Of a DNA stretch of 64,000 nucleotides, positions 24,762 to 37,381 are shown piece by piece; the first letter of the stretch is position 1, and each line of letters begins with the position of its first letter. The stretch lies in NCBI GenBank assembly GCA_030390025.1, contig CM059431.1:146074001-146138000 (forward strand). Direction: 5' to 3'. The stretch is from Squalus acanthias. Taxonomy: Eukaryota. The position numbers were made by a program, and so were the translations under genes. The notes beneath the pieces were generated by a model that worked only from the letters and a program-made list of their open reading frames with translations, had not been told where the DNA came from and ran no database searches.

Positions 24762-25401
24762 CCTCCGACCCCTCGACCCTGTCTCTTCGTGGCAGCACGT
24801 TGGATGAGCAGGTGGGGACATACAGTGACGAACGGCCCCTGTCAGATTCGACAAGCTTCAGTCCACTCTGACCCCCTCCCCACCAGCGACAGCGCGTCTC
24901 TCTCTCCAGCTGCTCCGCCGCTTGATTGCACTGCGCCCCGCTGCCTCTCCCGTCAGTCGTTGCGCCCTCTGAACCCTGGCCCCCGGGTCAGAGTAAGGTC
25001 AAGGTTGGCGATCGCTGCGTCCCCTCTGAGGCCACCACTGGCCCTCTCTTTCCACACCCCCACCTCGGCTCCCAGCTCGCCTCGAGACTAACCGCCCCTC
25101 GCTCCCTCTCCCCCAGCCCGTGGATTCCAGGCCCTTACCCCCCGGCTCCCAGCTCAGGGCTGCCCGCGGTCAGCTCACCTCATGTCTCGCTCCCTCTGCC
25201 CCCGAGACACTCGGTTCTGGAGCTGCTGGTCACCCCCCAGAATCTGGGTTGCTGCTGAAGTGAAGCCCCGGGGCCTGCCAGGCCATCTGGACTTCCCCCT
25301 CGGCCAGAGCAGGGCGTCAGGAAAATTCCCGGCTTCTGGGGCCGCTTAATGTGTGCTACGATTTGTTGTTTTCTCCGAGCTGTATCAATGTGTTATAGTT
25401 C

Positions 25402-25428
25402 ATTAAAAATAACCTTTCAACAATTAAA
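25402..25428 (+). terminator. Candidate polyadenylation signals (ATTAAA x2) of UNC93B1
   Basis: ATTAAA at 25402-25407 and 25423-25428, followed by a T/GT-rich tract. Confidence 0.5.
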
Positions 25429-25513
25429 GTATTGTTTTGAACTTGCCGTTAGGAGTGTGATTTAATTCTCTATCAATGGGTTACTGGGGAGTGCGAGGCT
25501 TCAGGAACTCTCC

Positions 25514-25550
25514 ACTGCGCCACCTAATGGCCAGAGCCGGAAACTGCAGC
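25514..25550 (-). promoter_or_regulatory. CTCF binding site (core plus upstream module)
   Basis: Minus strand reads GCTGCAGTTTCC-GGCTC-TGGCCATTAGGTGGCGCAGT, a close match to the CTCF core (TGGCCACCAGGGGGCGC) with an upstream TGCAG module. Confidence 0.65.
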
Positions 25551-26029
25551 GTGACAGTTGACATGGCAAAATTTAAACAGGGAATGTTGACAGGAATTGA
25601 CGACGGGAATGTTGCCAAGAAAGTGTGACCAAATATTGACAGCAGGCAGTAAGGTTAGCGGACAGGAAGAGCGGATGCCTTGTGCAAGGTATGTTAATGT
25701 GCAGATTGAGTGGTGGAATTAGCGGGTGAACGTTTAGCCTGACGTTCTTTGCCCATTTACCAGCCGTGTTATATTGTGGACAGGGTGGAGGCCGACCATG
25801 GTTCGAAGTGTCTCCTCCAACACAAACTTCCAGGCTATCGATTATTTCCCCCTCCACAGAAAGACTTTGAGACGGTTCGATATGGGAGACTTTGTGAGAC
25901 GGGCAGGGCAGAAACAGAGAACACCTTTGAGAGCAGTTGTCAGATGGGTGTAAATGAAATGATTCTTTCTCTGATTCAATAATCAGACAGCCCAGAAGGA
26001 GGCCCATCGTGTCTGGCCAGCTCTATTAA

Positions 26030-26245
26030 AGGGAGTCTCTCCGTCAGGAACCCTGATTGAAGGGGGAGTCTCTCCGTCAGTGACCCTGTTTAAAGAGGGA
26101 GTCTCTCCGTCAGGGACCCTGTTTAAAGAGGGAGTCTCTCCGTCAGGGACACTGATTGAAGAGGGAGTCTCTCTCCATTAGGGACCCTGTTTAAAGAGGG
26201 AGTCTCTCCGTCAGGGACACTGATTGAAGGAGGGAGTCTCTCCGT
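26030..26245. repeat. ~33-bp minisatellite GAGTCTCTCCGTCAGGGACCCTGTTTAAAGAGG
   Basis: About 7 units. Confidence 0.85.
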
Positions 26246-26306
26246 TGTGTGGTGCTTGCTCTTTAGAATAAATCACTGGCAGAGGTTTGGTAAGAAATCT
26301 ATTTCT

Positions 26307-26312
26307 TTTATT
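26307..26312 (-). terminator. PolyA signal AATAAA of the beta-A crystallin gene
   Basis: TTTATT on the plus strand, 45 nt past the stop codon. Confidence 0.7.
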
Positions 26313-26357
26313 AAGATTAAAAGCGGCTGAATGTTTGCCGGTGATGGAGATGGCCTC

Positions 26358-26505
26358 TCAGTGCATAACTCTTCGGATCGACTGGATCTGCGGAGTCTGG
26401 GCATGGGAACCCCACTGCATCCAGTGCTTGAACTCCCCCGAGTGGCGGTCATACTCCATGATGTACTGGTATCCACGGTAACCGGGGAACTGGTAACAAA
26501 CCCAA
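26358..26505 (-). CDS. cryba1l1: beta-A crystallin Greek key 4 (terminal) exon
   Basis: cag|[24 protein letters not shown]...[10 protein letters not shown] then TGA. Confidence 0.95.
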
Positions 26506-29500
26506 CTGTGGGGGATCGGAAGGGGAAATAAGGTGTTAGAGGGTTCAACAAAACAGCTAACAATACAAACTGTGACCTTTTACCCTCTGGGACTGGGAGG
26601 GGTCATGGGTCAGGCACTGACTTTGACGCTCGGACTGGGTTGGGTCAGAACCCATATCCAAGTTTGCTGATGATACAAAGCTAGGTGGGACAGTAAGCTG
26701 TGAGGAGAACAGAGAGTCTGCAAAGGGATATAGACAGGTTAAGTGAGTGGGCAGTAAGGTGGCAGATGGAGTATAATGTAGGAAATGTGAGGTTATTCAC
26801 TTTGGTAGGAAGAATAGAAAAACAGAATATTTTTTAAATGGTGAGAAGGTATTACATGTTGGTGTTCAGAGGTTTGGGTGTCCTCGTGCAAGAAACACAA
26901 AGTTAGCATGCAGGTACAGCAAGTAATTAGGAAGGCCAATGGTATGTTGGCCTTTATTGCAAGGGGGTTGGAGTATAAGAGTAAGGAAGTCTTGCTACAA
27001 TTGTACAGGGCCTTGGTGAGACCACACCTAGAGCACTGTGCACAGTTTTGGTCTCCTTAGCTAAGGAAGGATATACTTACCTTGGAAGCGGTGCAGCGAA
27101 GGTTCACTAGATTGATTCCTGGGATGAGAGGGCTGTCCTATGATGAGAGATTGTGTAGAATGGACCGATACTCTCTGGAGTTTAGAAGAATGAGAGGTGA
27201 TCTCATTGAAACATACAAGATTCTGAGGGGGATTGACAGGGTAGATGCTGAGAGGTTGTTTCCCCTGGCTGGAGTGTCTAGAACTAGGAGCATAGTCTCA
27301 GGATAAGGGGTCGGTCATTTAAGACTGAGATGAGCAGGAATTTCTTCACTCAGAGGGTTGTGAATCTTTGGAATTCTCTGTCCCAGAGGGCTGTGGATGC
27401 TGAGTCTTTGAGTTTATTCAAGGCTGAGATAGATAGATTTTTGGAATCGAGGGTTATGGGGATCAGACGGGAAAGTGGAGTTGAGGTCGAAGATCAGCCA
27501 TGATCTTATTGAATGGCAGAGCAGGCTCGAGGGGCCATATGGCCTACTCCTGCTCCTATTTCTTATGTTCTTGTGTTGTTTCGCCCTCTGGGACTGGGTG
27601 GGGTCAGTGGGTCGAGCAATGACCTTTCACCCTCTGGGAGTGGGTGGAGGTCAGTGAGTCGAGCACTGACCTTTCACCCTCTGGGACTGGGTGGGGTCAG
27701 TGGGTCGGGCACTGACCTTTCACCCTGTGGGACTGGGTGGGGTCAGTGGGTCGAGCACTGACCTTTCACCCTCTGGGACTAGGTGGGGTCAGTGGGTCGA
27801 GCACTGACCTTTCACCCTCTGGGACTGGGTGGGGTCAGTGGGTCGAGCACTGACCTTTCACCCTCTGGGACTGGGTGGGGTCAGTGGGTCGAGCACTGAC
27901 CTTTCACCCTCTGGGACTAGGTGGGGTCAGTGGGTCGAGCACTGACCTTTCACCCTCTGGGACTGGGTGGGGTCAGTGGGTCGAGCACTGACCTTTCACC
28001 CTGTGGGACTGGGTGGGGTCAGTGGGTCGGGCACTGACCTTTCACCCTCTGGGTAATCGAAAAAATGCGGAGAATCTTGCACTTACGCTCCACTCTTAAC
28101 GAGCATGGATCCCACGTTCTTGTTGCACCAGCCCATGGCCTGCAGGGAAGGATAGTCCTCGCACAGATCTGCATGACGTCCCATGAAGTTCTCGAGCTCG
28201 TAAATTTCCATGTGAGAGTCTGAGTGGTTCTGTCGGAAACAGTAGTGGGAGCGCGTCACAACAGATCCCATTCACTCCACCCTGACCCTCGACCCCACTC
28301 ACTGACCCTCGACCCCACTCACTCCACACTGACCCTATCCTGACCTTTGACCCCATTCACCCCACACTGACCTTCGACCCAACTAACTCCACCCAGACCC
28401 CATCATGACCCTCGACCCCACTCACTAACGCCACACTGACCCCATCATGACCCTCGACCCCACTCACTAACTCTACACATTCATTGACCCTACCCTGAAC
28501 TCCTCAGGCGGAACCTTGCTGAGTGTCACCTCTGTCAGAGTCTCTGTCTCCGAGAACCAAACCAGTTCACGACTCGAGGGAATTTTGGGATGATTTACTG
28601 CACCATGACCCTGTACCTGACCCTGAGCGGGACCCCAACACTGATCCTAACCCTGACCCTGTACCTGACCCTGAGTGTGACCCCGGCACTGATCCTGATC
28701 CTGACCCTGAGCGTGACCCCGAAACTGATCCTAACCCTGACCCTGAGCGTGACCCCGACACTGATCCTAACCGTGACCCTGTACCTGACCCTGAGGGGCC
28801 CCAGGCACTGATCCTAACCCTGACCCTGTTCCTGACCCAGAGCAGGACCCCAACACTGATCCTAACCCTGACCCTGAGCGGGACCCCGACACTGATCCTA
28901 AACGTGACCCTGTACCTGACCCTGAGCGTGACCCCGACACTGATCCTAACCCTGACCCTGAGCGGGACCCCGGCACTGATCCTAACCCTGACCCTGAGCG
29001 GGACCCCGACACTGATCCTAACCCTGACCCTGAGCGGGACCCCGGCACTGATCCTAACCGTGACCCTGTACCTGACCCTGAGCGTGACCCCAACACTGAT
29101 CCTAACCCTGACCCTGTACCTGACCCTGAGCGGGACACTGACCCTGTACCTGACCCTGAGCGGGACACTGAACCTGTACCTGACTCTGAGCGGGACACTG
29201 ACCCTGTACCTGACCTTGAGCGGGACACTGACCCTGAGCGGGACCCTGACTCTGTACCTGACCCTGAGCGGGACCCCGACCCTGAGCGGGACCCCGACCC
29301 TGTACCTGACCCTGAGCGGGACCCCGACCCTGTACCTGACCCTGAGCGGGACCCCGACCCTGTACCTGGCCCTGAGCGGGACCCCGACACTGATCCTAAC
29401 CCTGACCCTGTACCTGACCCTGAGCGGGACCCCGGCACTGATCCTAACCGTGACCCTGAGCGTGACCCTGACACTGATCCTAACCCTAACCCTGTACCTG

Positions 29501-32493
29501 ACCTTGAGCGGGACACTGACCCTCTCCCTGACCCTGAGCGGGACCCCGACACTGATCCTAACCCTAACCCTGTACCTGACCTTGAGCGGGACACTGACCC
29601 TCTCCCTGACCCTGAGCGGGACCCCGACACTGATCCTAACCCTGACCCTGAGCGGGACCCCGGCAATGTTCCTAACCATGACCCTGTACCTGACCCTGAG
29701 CGGGACACTGACCCTGTATCTGACCCAGAACGTGACCCCGACACTGATCCTAACCCTGACCCTGAACCTGACCCTGAGGATTCGGAGGTGACTTACTGCG
29801 CAGTAGATTGGTCTGAAGGACATCATCCACTCCACATGGTAGGAGTTACTCCCACTCCAGGCCTCCCAGCGAGAGTACTCTCCTCGCTCCAGGATAAACT
29901 GCTGCCCCTGGAAACCATGGTGCTCGAATCCAACCCAACTGTAAGAGAAGAAGAGTCAAATACAAACAAGCAACGTTCCATAGATGGGCAGGCCATTCAG
30001 CCCATCACATCTGTCCCGCTGTCTTTCCCAGTTTGAGCCACCCAGTCTAATCCCACTCTCCCCCTCACTCCCCGCACCCTTTAATATCCCACCCAGTCTA
30101 ATCCCACTCTCCCCCTCACTCCCCGTACCCTTTAATATCCCACCCAGTCTAATCCCACTCTCCCCCTCACTCCCCGTACCCTTTAATATCCCACCCAGTC
30201 TAATCCCACTCTCCCCCTCACTCCCCGTACCCTTTAACATCCCAGCAGTCTAATCCCACTCTCCCCCTCACTCCCCGCACCCTTTAATATCCCACCCAGT
30301 CTAATCCCACTCTCCATCACTCCCCGTACCCTTTAATATCCCACCCAGTCTAATCCCACTCTCCCCCTCACTCCCCGCACCCTTTAATATCCCACCCAGT
30401 CTAATCCCACTCTCCTGCTCACTCTCCGCACCCTTTAATATCCCACCCAGTTTAATCCCACTCTCCCCCACACTCCCTGTACCCTTTAATATCCCACCCT
30501 GTCTAATCCCACTCTCCTGCTCACTCTCCGCACCCTTTAATATCCCACCCAGTTTAATCCCACTCTCCCCCACACTCCCTGTACCCATTAATATCCCACC
30601 CTGTCTAATCCCACTCTCCCCCTCGCTCCCCGCACCCTTTAATATCCCACCCAGTCTAATCCCACTCTACCTGCTCACTCCACGTACCCTTTAATATCCC
30701 ACCCAGTCTAATCCCACTCTCCCCCTCACTCCCCGAGCTCTTTAATATCCCACCCAGTCTAATCCCACGCTCCCCGCACCCTTTAGTATCCCACCCAGTC
30801 TAATCCCATGCTCCCTGCACCCTTTAATATCCCACCCAGTCTAATCCCACTCTCCCCCTCACTCCCCGCACCCTTTAATATCCCACCCAGTCTAATCCCA
30901 CTCTCCTGCTCACTCTCTGCACCCTTTAATATCCCACCCAGTTTAATCCCACTCTCCCCCACACTCCCTGTACCCTTTAATATCCCACCCTGTCTAATCC
31001 CACTCTCCTGCTCACTCTCCGCACCCTTTAATATCCCACCCAGTTTAATCCCACTCTCCCCCACACTCCCTGTACCCTTTAATATCCCACCCTGTCTAAT
31101 CCCACTCTCCCCCTCGCTCCCCGCACCCTTTAATATCCCACCCAGTCTAATCCCACTCTTCCTGCTCACTCCACGTACCCTTTAATATCCCACCCAGTCT
31201 AATCCCACTCTCCCCCTCACTCCCCGAGCTCTTTAATATCCCACCCAGTCTAATCCCACGCTCCCCGCACCCTTTAATATCCCACCCAGTCTAATCCCAC
31301 CCTCCCCGCACTCCCCGCACCCTTTAATATCCCACCCAGTCTAATCCCACTCTCCTGCTCACTTTCTGCACCCTTTAGTATCCCACCCAGTCTAATCCCA
31401 TGCTCCCTGCACCCTTTAATATCCCACCCAGTCTAATCCCACTCTCCCCCTCACTCCCCATATCCTTTAATATCCCACCCAGTCTAATCCCACTCTCCTG
31501 CTCACTTTCCGCACCCTTTAGTATCCCACCCAGTCTAAACCCATGCTCCCTGCACCCTTTAATATCCCACCCAGTCTAATCCCACTCTCCCCCCTCACTC
31601 CCCATATCCTTTAATATCCCACCCAGTCTAATCCCACTCTCCCCCTCACTCCCCGCAGCCTTTAATATCCCACCCAGTCTATTCCCACTCTCCTGCTCAC
31701 TCTCCGCACCCTTTAGTGAGAGAGAGAAACGAAGGGTGATTTACTCACGATCCACTTTCCACGCGGATGGAGCGGACGTTGTCGAACCCGCACTGGGTGA
31801 TGTTAAAACACTCGCTGGTGAATTCCTGCTTCCGGCCCTGGAAATTCTCCCGCTCCCACACCACGATCTGTAAAGCACGTAGAGAGAGGGAGAGAGAGAG
31901 ACACACAGAGAAAGGGAGAGAGACAGAGAGCGAGTGAGACAGATGGAGACGGAGCGAGAGACAGAGAGGGTGAGAAAGATCACGGCTCTGATGATTGCTG
32001 GGCAGTGAACATCCGCAGGAAGACCCAGCGACAGCCCAAGTCCTCATGCAGGGCTCTAGGGATTAAACCACTGTCACAGCTCAGCATCCATCTCACTGAA
32101 TAGTGTAACAGGCTCGAGGGGCTGAATGGCCTCCTCCTGTTCCTGTGTAACAGGCTCGAGGGGCTGAATGGCCTCCTCCTGTTCCTTTATAACAGGCTCG
32201 AGGGGCTGAATGGGCTCCTCCTGTTCCTGTGTAACAGGCTCGAGGGGCTGAATGGCCTTCTCCTGTTCCTGTGTAACAGGCTCGAGGGGCTGAATGGCCT
32301 CCTCCTGTTCCTGTGTAACAGGCTCGAGGGGCTGAATGGCCTCCTCCTGTTCCTTATGCTCCTTTGTTCCTAATATTTGTTTGGAGAAGGAGCTGGGAGT
32401 TAGATTTATCTCCCCAGTGATATGCCTGTCAGTGAATCTCACCTTCCAGAAGCCGGGGTAGCCTTGGTTCATTTGACTGCTGGGGTTCTGCAT
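26358..32493 (-). CDS. cryba1l1: Acidic beta-crystallin (beta-A1-like, probably the fish cryba1l1 lineage), 200 aa; complement join(32443..32493,31749..31867,29797..29938,28087..28229,26358..26505)
   Basis: Five GT-AG exons (51/119/142/143/148 bp) splice in frame to [200 protein letters not shown]. There is one Greek key per exon. The beta-A family call is secure; the exact paralogue is from recalled sequences and is less certain. Confidence 0.93.
26655..27570 (+). mobile_element. CR1 LINE 3' fragment in the last intron of beta-A
   Basis: [11 protein letters not shown]...[13 protein letters not shown]. Confidence 0.9.
27585..28052. repeat. 46-bp minisatellite
   Basis: About 10 units of GGGTCGAGCACTGACCTTTCACCCTCTGGGACTGGGTGGGGTCAGT. 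Confidence 0.9.
28087..28229 (-). CDS. cryba1l1: beta-A crystallin Greek key 3 exon
   Basis: cag|AAC...GGA GC|gtaagt; [18 protein letters not shown]...[10 protein letters not shown]. Confidence 0.95.
28605..29778. repeat. CTGACC-hexamer-based compound minisatellite
   Basis: Mixed units CCTGACCCTGAGCGGGACC / CTGATCCTAAC. Confidence 0.9.
29797..29938 (-). CDS. cryba1l1: beta-A crystallin Greek key 2 exon
   Basis: cag|T TGG...GCA|gtaagt; [21 protein letters not shown]...SFRPIYCA. Confidence 0.95.
30038..31716. repeat. ~51-bp C-rich minisatellite
   Basis: Unit TTTAATATCCCACCCAGTCTAATCCCACTCTCCCCCTCACTCCCCGCACCC. Confidence 0.93.
31749..31867 (-). CDS. cryba1l1: beta-A crystallin Greek key 1 exon
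   Basis: cag|ATC...GGA TC|gtgagt; [20 protein letters not shown]...VRSIRVESG. Confidence 0.95.
32104..32352. repeat. 42-bp CR1-derived minisatellite (beta-A intron 2)
   Basis: About 6 units. Confidence 0.9.
32443..32493 (-). CDS. cryba1l1: beta-A crystallin first coding exon (N-terminal arm; exon starts at ~32517)
   Basis: ATG at 32493, [17 protein letters not shown], donor AAG|gtgag; upstream acceptor ttctttccctcag at 32518. Confidence 0.8.
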
Positions 32494-32729
32494 TTTCTTC
32501 AGGCGTTGAAGGAAATTCTGAGGGAAAGAATGAGAAAATCAACTGGAGGAGGTGTGATGGACCCTCACCTTCTCTTGCCCATCTTTCCTGAGGGTGCAAA
32601 CCCCTCGTTGCTGGAGGAGTTTCACAAGCCCCCCACTGCCCTCCAGTAACTCACCCGTCTGTGAACCCCATGAACACGAAATCAGCAAGCTAAGGCCAGA
32701 TTTACCAGAGTGTCTGCCCTGGGTGAGAA

Positions 32730-33475
32730 CGGCTCACTCAGCACAGGCCGCAGATGGAGCCTGGGCCTTTCCTGCTCTGTGTGAGGAGCCACAGGCCAGG
32801 GATGGAGCCTGGCCCTTTCCTGCTCTGTGTGTGGGGTGGCACAGGCCGGGGATGGAGCCTGGGCCTTTCCTGCTCTGTGTGGGGGGGCACAGGCCGGGGA
32901 TGGAGCCTGGGCCTTTCCTGCTCTGTGTGAGGAGCCACAGGCCGGGGATGGAGCCTGGGCCTTTCCTGCTCTGTGTGAGGGGCACAGGCTGGGGATGGAG
33001 CCTGGGCCTTTCCTGCTCTGTGTGTGGGGGGGCACAGGCCAGGGATGGAGCCTGGGCCTTTCCTGCTCTGTGTGTGGGGGGGCACAGGCCGGGGATGGAG
33101 CCTGAGCCTTTCCTGCTCTGTGTGTGGGGCCACAGGCCGTGGATGGAGCCTGGGATCCTGCTGCTCTGTGTGAGGGGCCACAGGCCGGGGCAGGAGCCTG
33201 GGCCTTTCCTGCTCTGTGTGTGGGGCACAGGCTGGGGATGGAGCCTGGGCCTTTCCTACTCTGTGTGTGGGGGGGCACAGGCCGGGGATGGAGCCTGAGC
33301 CTTTCCTGCTCTGTGTGTGGGGCCACAGGCCGTGGATGGAGCCTGGGATCCTGCTGCTCTGTATGAGGGGCCACAGGCCGGGGCAGGAGCCTGGGCCTTT
33401 CCTGCTCTGTGTGAGGGGCCACAGGCCGGGGATGGAGCCTGGGATCCTGCTGCTCTGTGTGTGGGGCTCAGTACC
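32730..33475. repeat. ~47-bp SINE-derived minisatellite (beta-A intron 1)
   Basis: Unit CACAGGCCGGGGATGGAGCCTGGGCCTTTCCTGCTCTGTGTG(G)n. Confidence 0.9.
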
Positions 33476-33579
33476 ACCGGTGTTGGTCTCCTTCACTGTA
33501 GGCCTTGGATTCACCTGGTGTTCTCCACTGACACGGAAGTGGCTCGGTTCCAATGCTGTACACGGTGGCCAACACTTAC

Positions 33580-33790
33580 CCTGTCGGGGAAGTTAACGCT
33601 GCAAGTAGCCTCTTGTCAATTGCTACCTTATTTATACCGGGCTCTCTGACCCCCAGAGCACCACAGGTCAGACGTGCAGTCAGCACAATGTATTATCTGC
33701 GCTGGGTGACCTTTCCCATCCCCCAGCCCCAGACAACACTCCGAGAGACAGAGTCAGCAAAAATAGCATAAAAACACCTTGTTCAGCAAA
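33580..33790 (-). promoter_or_regulatory. beta-A crystallin promoter and short non-coding exon 1 (~33605-33580)
   Basis: On the minus strand: TATAAATA at 33636-33629 and donor CAGG|gtaagt at 33580. Maf half-sites are TGCTGACTGCA (33685-33675, abutting Sox motif CATTGT) and ATTTTTGCTGACTC (33764-33751), plus TTTGCTGAA near 33785. Confidence 0.7.
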
Positions 33791-34007
33791 CTCCTGCCTG
33801 GCCACACGTGCCCCTCAATCTCTCTATTCTTCACAGTGCATCCAGCAAGAGATTGACAATTGACAGATCATCGGGAATAATTCACGGACACACTCGCTTA
33901 AATATTATAATTACACATTCGCTCAAACATAATAAATACAGACCGTGCATGTTGTAATTACACATGGTGCTGTGGACATTATAAATACACCTTTAAATGT
34001 ACATATT

Positions 34008-34762
34008 GGCCTAGAAATTCGCCTCTCCGGCTTGCCGCGGGGGTAAGGATCGCGCGCGCTCTTACCCACCGCGCCTGCCATTGTGTTTTGAGCCCACAGG
34101 CATTTCGGGTCCCGGGCCTCTCCCAAGAGCCGGCGCGCAGTGCTTGCGTGTCCCAGGGGCGCAGTTAGTGTGAAGCGAACCCTGGGATCACGTGGGCCAT
34201 GGAGAGCCAATGGCAGCAGACCATCTTTCATTCATAGATTTGACAGGAGACCTGTCAAATCTGTGAATTGAAATCGGCCCCAAAAGAACAGCTAAACTTC
34301 AAATAAATATTTTTAAAAAAACCATCACATTTATAAAATAACTATAGTTAAATAAATTAACCACTTCAAACAAAAATTTTAATTTTTGAAAAAATTAAAA
34401 TACTTTTTAAAAGTTATAAAAATAAACTTACCTTTCTTTAAAGTCTCTAAAAAAGATAAACCTGTTGAAAAAAATTTAAAATTATACTTAATTAACGACT
34501 TACCTTGTTCAAAAGGGGTCTTACGCCTCCTTTTTATTAGCGTAGAATCTTCAATACTTACCCTCGCGTAGAAACCTGAAAAAAAAATCTAAGTGTGCTG
34601 CATGCGTGCAGCCTCTAGCGCGCACGCGGTTCACCTAGGAACCGTCCCCTTCACCACACCGGAAGTGCCGGTTTCCCGTGCATGCAGGAAACCGGCACTT
34701 CGGGAATGAATACGGGTGAGTACACATGTGTACTCACCCGGGAACGGCTGAACTTTTGGGCC
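34008..34762 (-). mobile_element. MITE copy 3 (inverted), ~370 bp upstream of the beta-A TATA box
   Basis: Reverse complement of copies 1 and 2; TSD ATT. Confidence 0.82.
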
Positions 34763-34799
34763 ATTGTGTATTTATAGTGTAAACTCCCAGCTCCCACTT

Positions 34800-35475
34800 C
34801 AATCACAGAATCCCCACAGTGCAGATAGAGGCAATTTCGGCCCATCGAGCCTGCACCGACACATATCCCACCCTATCCCCGTAACCCCATGTATTTAATC
34901 CCCCCAAACACTAAGGGTCAATTTTTATCATAGCCAAATCAACCTAACCCGCACATCTTTGGACTGTGGGAGGAAACCGGAGCACCCGGAGGAAACCCAC
35001 GCAGACACAGGGAGAATGTGCAAACTCCACACAGACAGTCACCCGGGGCCGGATTCGAACCCGGGATATGGGGAGAAGGTGGAGTTGAGGGATATGGGGA
35101 GAAGGTGGAGTTGAGGGATATGGGGAGAAGGTGGGGTTGAGGGATACGGGGAGAAGGTGGAGTTGAGGGATATGGGGAGAAGGTGGGGTTGAGGGATATG
35201 GGGAGAAGATGGGGTTGAGGGATATGGGGAGAAGGTGGGGTTGAAGGATATGGGGAGAAGGTGGGGTTGAGGGATATGGGGAGAAGGTGGAGTTGAGGGA
35301 TATGGGGAAAAGGTGGGGTTGAGGGATATGGGGAGAAGGTGGGGTTGAGGGATACGGGGAGAAGGTGGAGTGAGCGATATGGGGTGAAGTTGGGGCGAGG
35401 GATATGGGGCCGGCTTCGAACCCGGGTCCCTGGCACTGTGAGGCAACAGCGCTAACCACTATGCCACCGTGTCGC
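34800..35475 (-). mobile_element. HE1-type V-SINE interrupted by a minisatellite (35066-35408)
   Basis: tRNA head TGGCATAGTGGTTAGCGC...GGTTCGA and V-domain TGTGGAGTTTGCACATTCTCCC...GGTGCTCCGGTTTCCTCCCACA on the minus strand. Confidence 0.8.
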
Positions 35476-35524
35476 CCCGGCTCTCTCTACACTCCCGGCT
35501 CTACACTCCCGGCTCTCTCTACAC

Positions 35525-36125
35525 TGTGGAAGTATATTTTTAGTTGGATACAAAATGGCTTCTTGGACACAAAATGGCTTCCTACGACACACAATATAAA
35601 ATCTAAAATGGCCTACACAATGTCTGTTAGAAAGATTAGCCAATTGTTTATAGTTTCAAACTAATGAAGGAATTTCAGTTTGTAGACTGTTTTAATTGCC
35701 CCCAATAAATAATTTAGGGTTGTAGATCAAAGAAGTCTCCAAGGCTATGGCGTGAATCACTATCTCCCTTGAATTCTAGATGGTGTGGTGGGAGAAATCA
35801 CATGTCCCCCTTTGGAGGGATTTCTGCTCTTTTAAATCTTTATGACCTTTAGAAAGTCCTTTCATGTACAGTATACACAAATACTCTTTTAACTTGTTTT
35901 ATAGGCACTATGCTGTCAATTAATGATTTATTACCATGTCATGTGATACAGGAAGCTTGTATTGTTTTTGTGTATAAATTTCGAACAGTTTTTGTATTTG
36001 CAGGGTGTCATCATCGCCGAGTTTTGACTATGGTTGCATCCTCCTTGCAGCAAGTAAAATAATAAACCTTCCTTTGACGATACTTTGTGTTTAAAGAGTC
36101 TTACTCGGAAGTCGAAACTTTGACA
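35525..36125 (+). mobile_element. Solo LTR related to the 19636 LTR
   Basis: TGTGGAAGT...TTTGACA, TSD ACAC, AATAAA at 36061; termini resemble the 19636 element. Confidence 0.8.
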
Positions 36126-36624
36126 ACACTCCCAGCTCTCTCTACACTCCCGGCTCTCTCTGCACTCCCAGTTCCCTCTTCATTCCCAGCTCTCTTGGTT
36201 TTTCCTGCTCTCGTGCCTCTATGCCAGCTCTCCTGTGCCAGCCTTCATTTGATTGCCAGGCTCCTCAGCTCTCGCACAACCTCCACCACCTAGATGGACA
36301 AGAGTGGCAGGTGCGTGGGAACTACCTCCACACCCAGCTGGCCTTCTCCTCACACAGCATCCTGACTTGGACATACAGCACTTGTGGGAGTATTGGGCAA
36401 TAATTGCTGGCTTCACCAGCGACACCCACAATCCAGGAACAAATGAAAAAAACCCTTCAGCAAACGGACTGCAGCAGTTCTGTTGAACTTAGGTACATGG
36501 GCCAGAGAACAGATTGAAGGAAGGGTGTGGTCTCTGTGCCTAGGGACACAGACACACAAGAAGAGAAGGAGGTCCATAACTTTATTGTTTTATGGGTAAG
36601 GGGGCTGTTTGAGGGGAGGGAGTG

Positions 36625-37381
36625 TCTTTTTTTTATATTTGTTCCTGGGATGTGGGCATCGCTGGCAAGGCCAGAATTTATTGCCCATCCCTAATTGCCC
36701 TTGAAAAGGAGGTGGTGAGCCGCCTTCTTGAACCACTGCAGTCTGTGTGGTGAAGGTGCTCCCACAGTGCTGTTGGGGAGGGAGTTCCAGGATTTTGACC
36801 CAGCGACGATGATGGATCGGTGATATACTTCCAATTCAGGATGGTGTGTGACTTGGAGGGGAACTTGGAGGTGGTGGTGTTCCCATGCACCTGCTGCCCT
36901 TGTCCTTCTAGGTGGAAGAGGTGGCAGGTTTGGGAGGTGCTGCCGAAGAAGCCTTGGCGAGTTGCTGCAGTGCATCTTGTAGATGGTACACACTGCAGCC
37001 ACGGTGCGCCGGTGGTGGAGGGAGTGAATGTTTAAGGTGGTGGATGGGGTGCCAATCAAGCGGGCTGCTTGTTCTTGGATGGTGCCCAGCTTCTTGAGTG
37101 TTGTTGGAGCTGCGCTCATCCAGGCAAGTGGAGAGTATTCCATCACACTCCTTACTTGTGCCTTGTAGATGGTGGAAACGTTCTGGGGAGTCAGAAGGTG
37201 AGACGCTCGCCGCAGAATACCTAGCCTCTGACCTGCTGTTGTAGCCACTGTATTTATGTGGCTGGTCCAGTTAAAGTTTCTGGTCAATGGCTATCCCCAG
37301 GATGTTGGTGGGGGATTCGGCGATGGTAATGCCATCGATTTTCAAGGGGAGGTGGTTAGACTCTCGCTTGTTGGAGATAGT
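36625..37381 (-). mobile_element. CR1/L2-group LINE 3' fragment
   Basis: Reverse-complement homologue of 9880-10625. Confidence 0.85.

Noticed and set aside
28523..29835. 422-aa ORFs on both strands
   Set aside because: Hexamer-based minisatellite; only the segment overlapping 29797-29835 is real crystallin exon.
32650..32680. Alternative upstream coding exon for beta-A (ATG GGG TTC ACA GAC GG|gtgag)
   Set aside because: Splicing it to the 32517 acceptor is out of frame and hits TGA; the TATA-linked exon at 33580 is the better exon 1.
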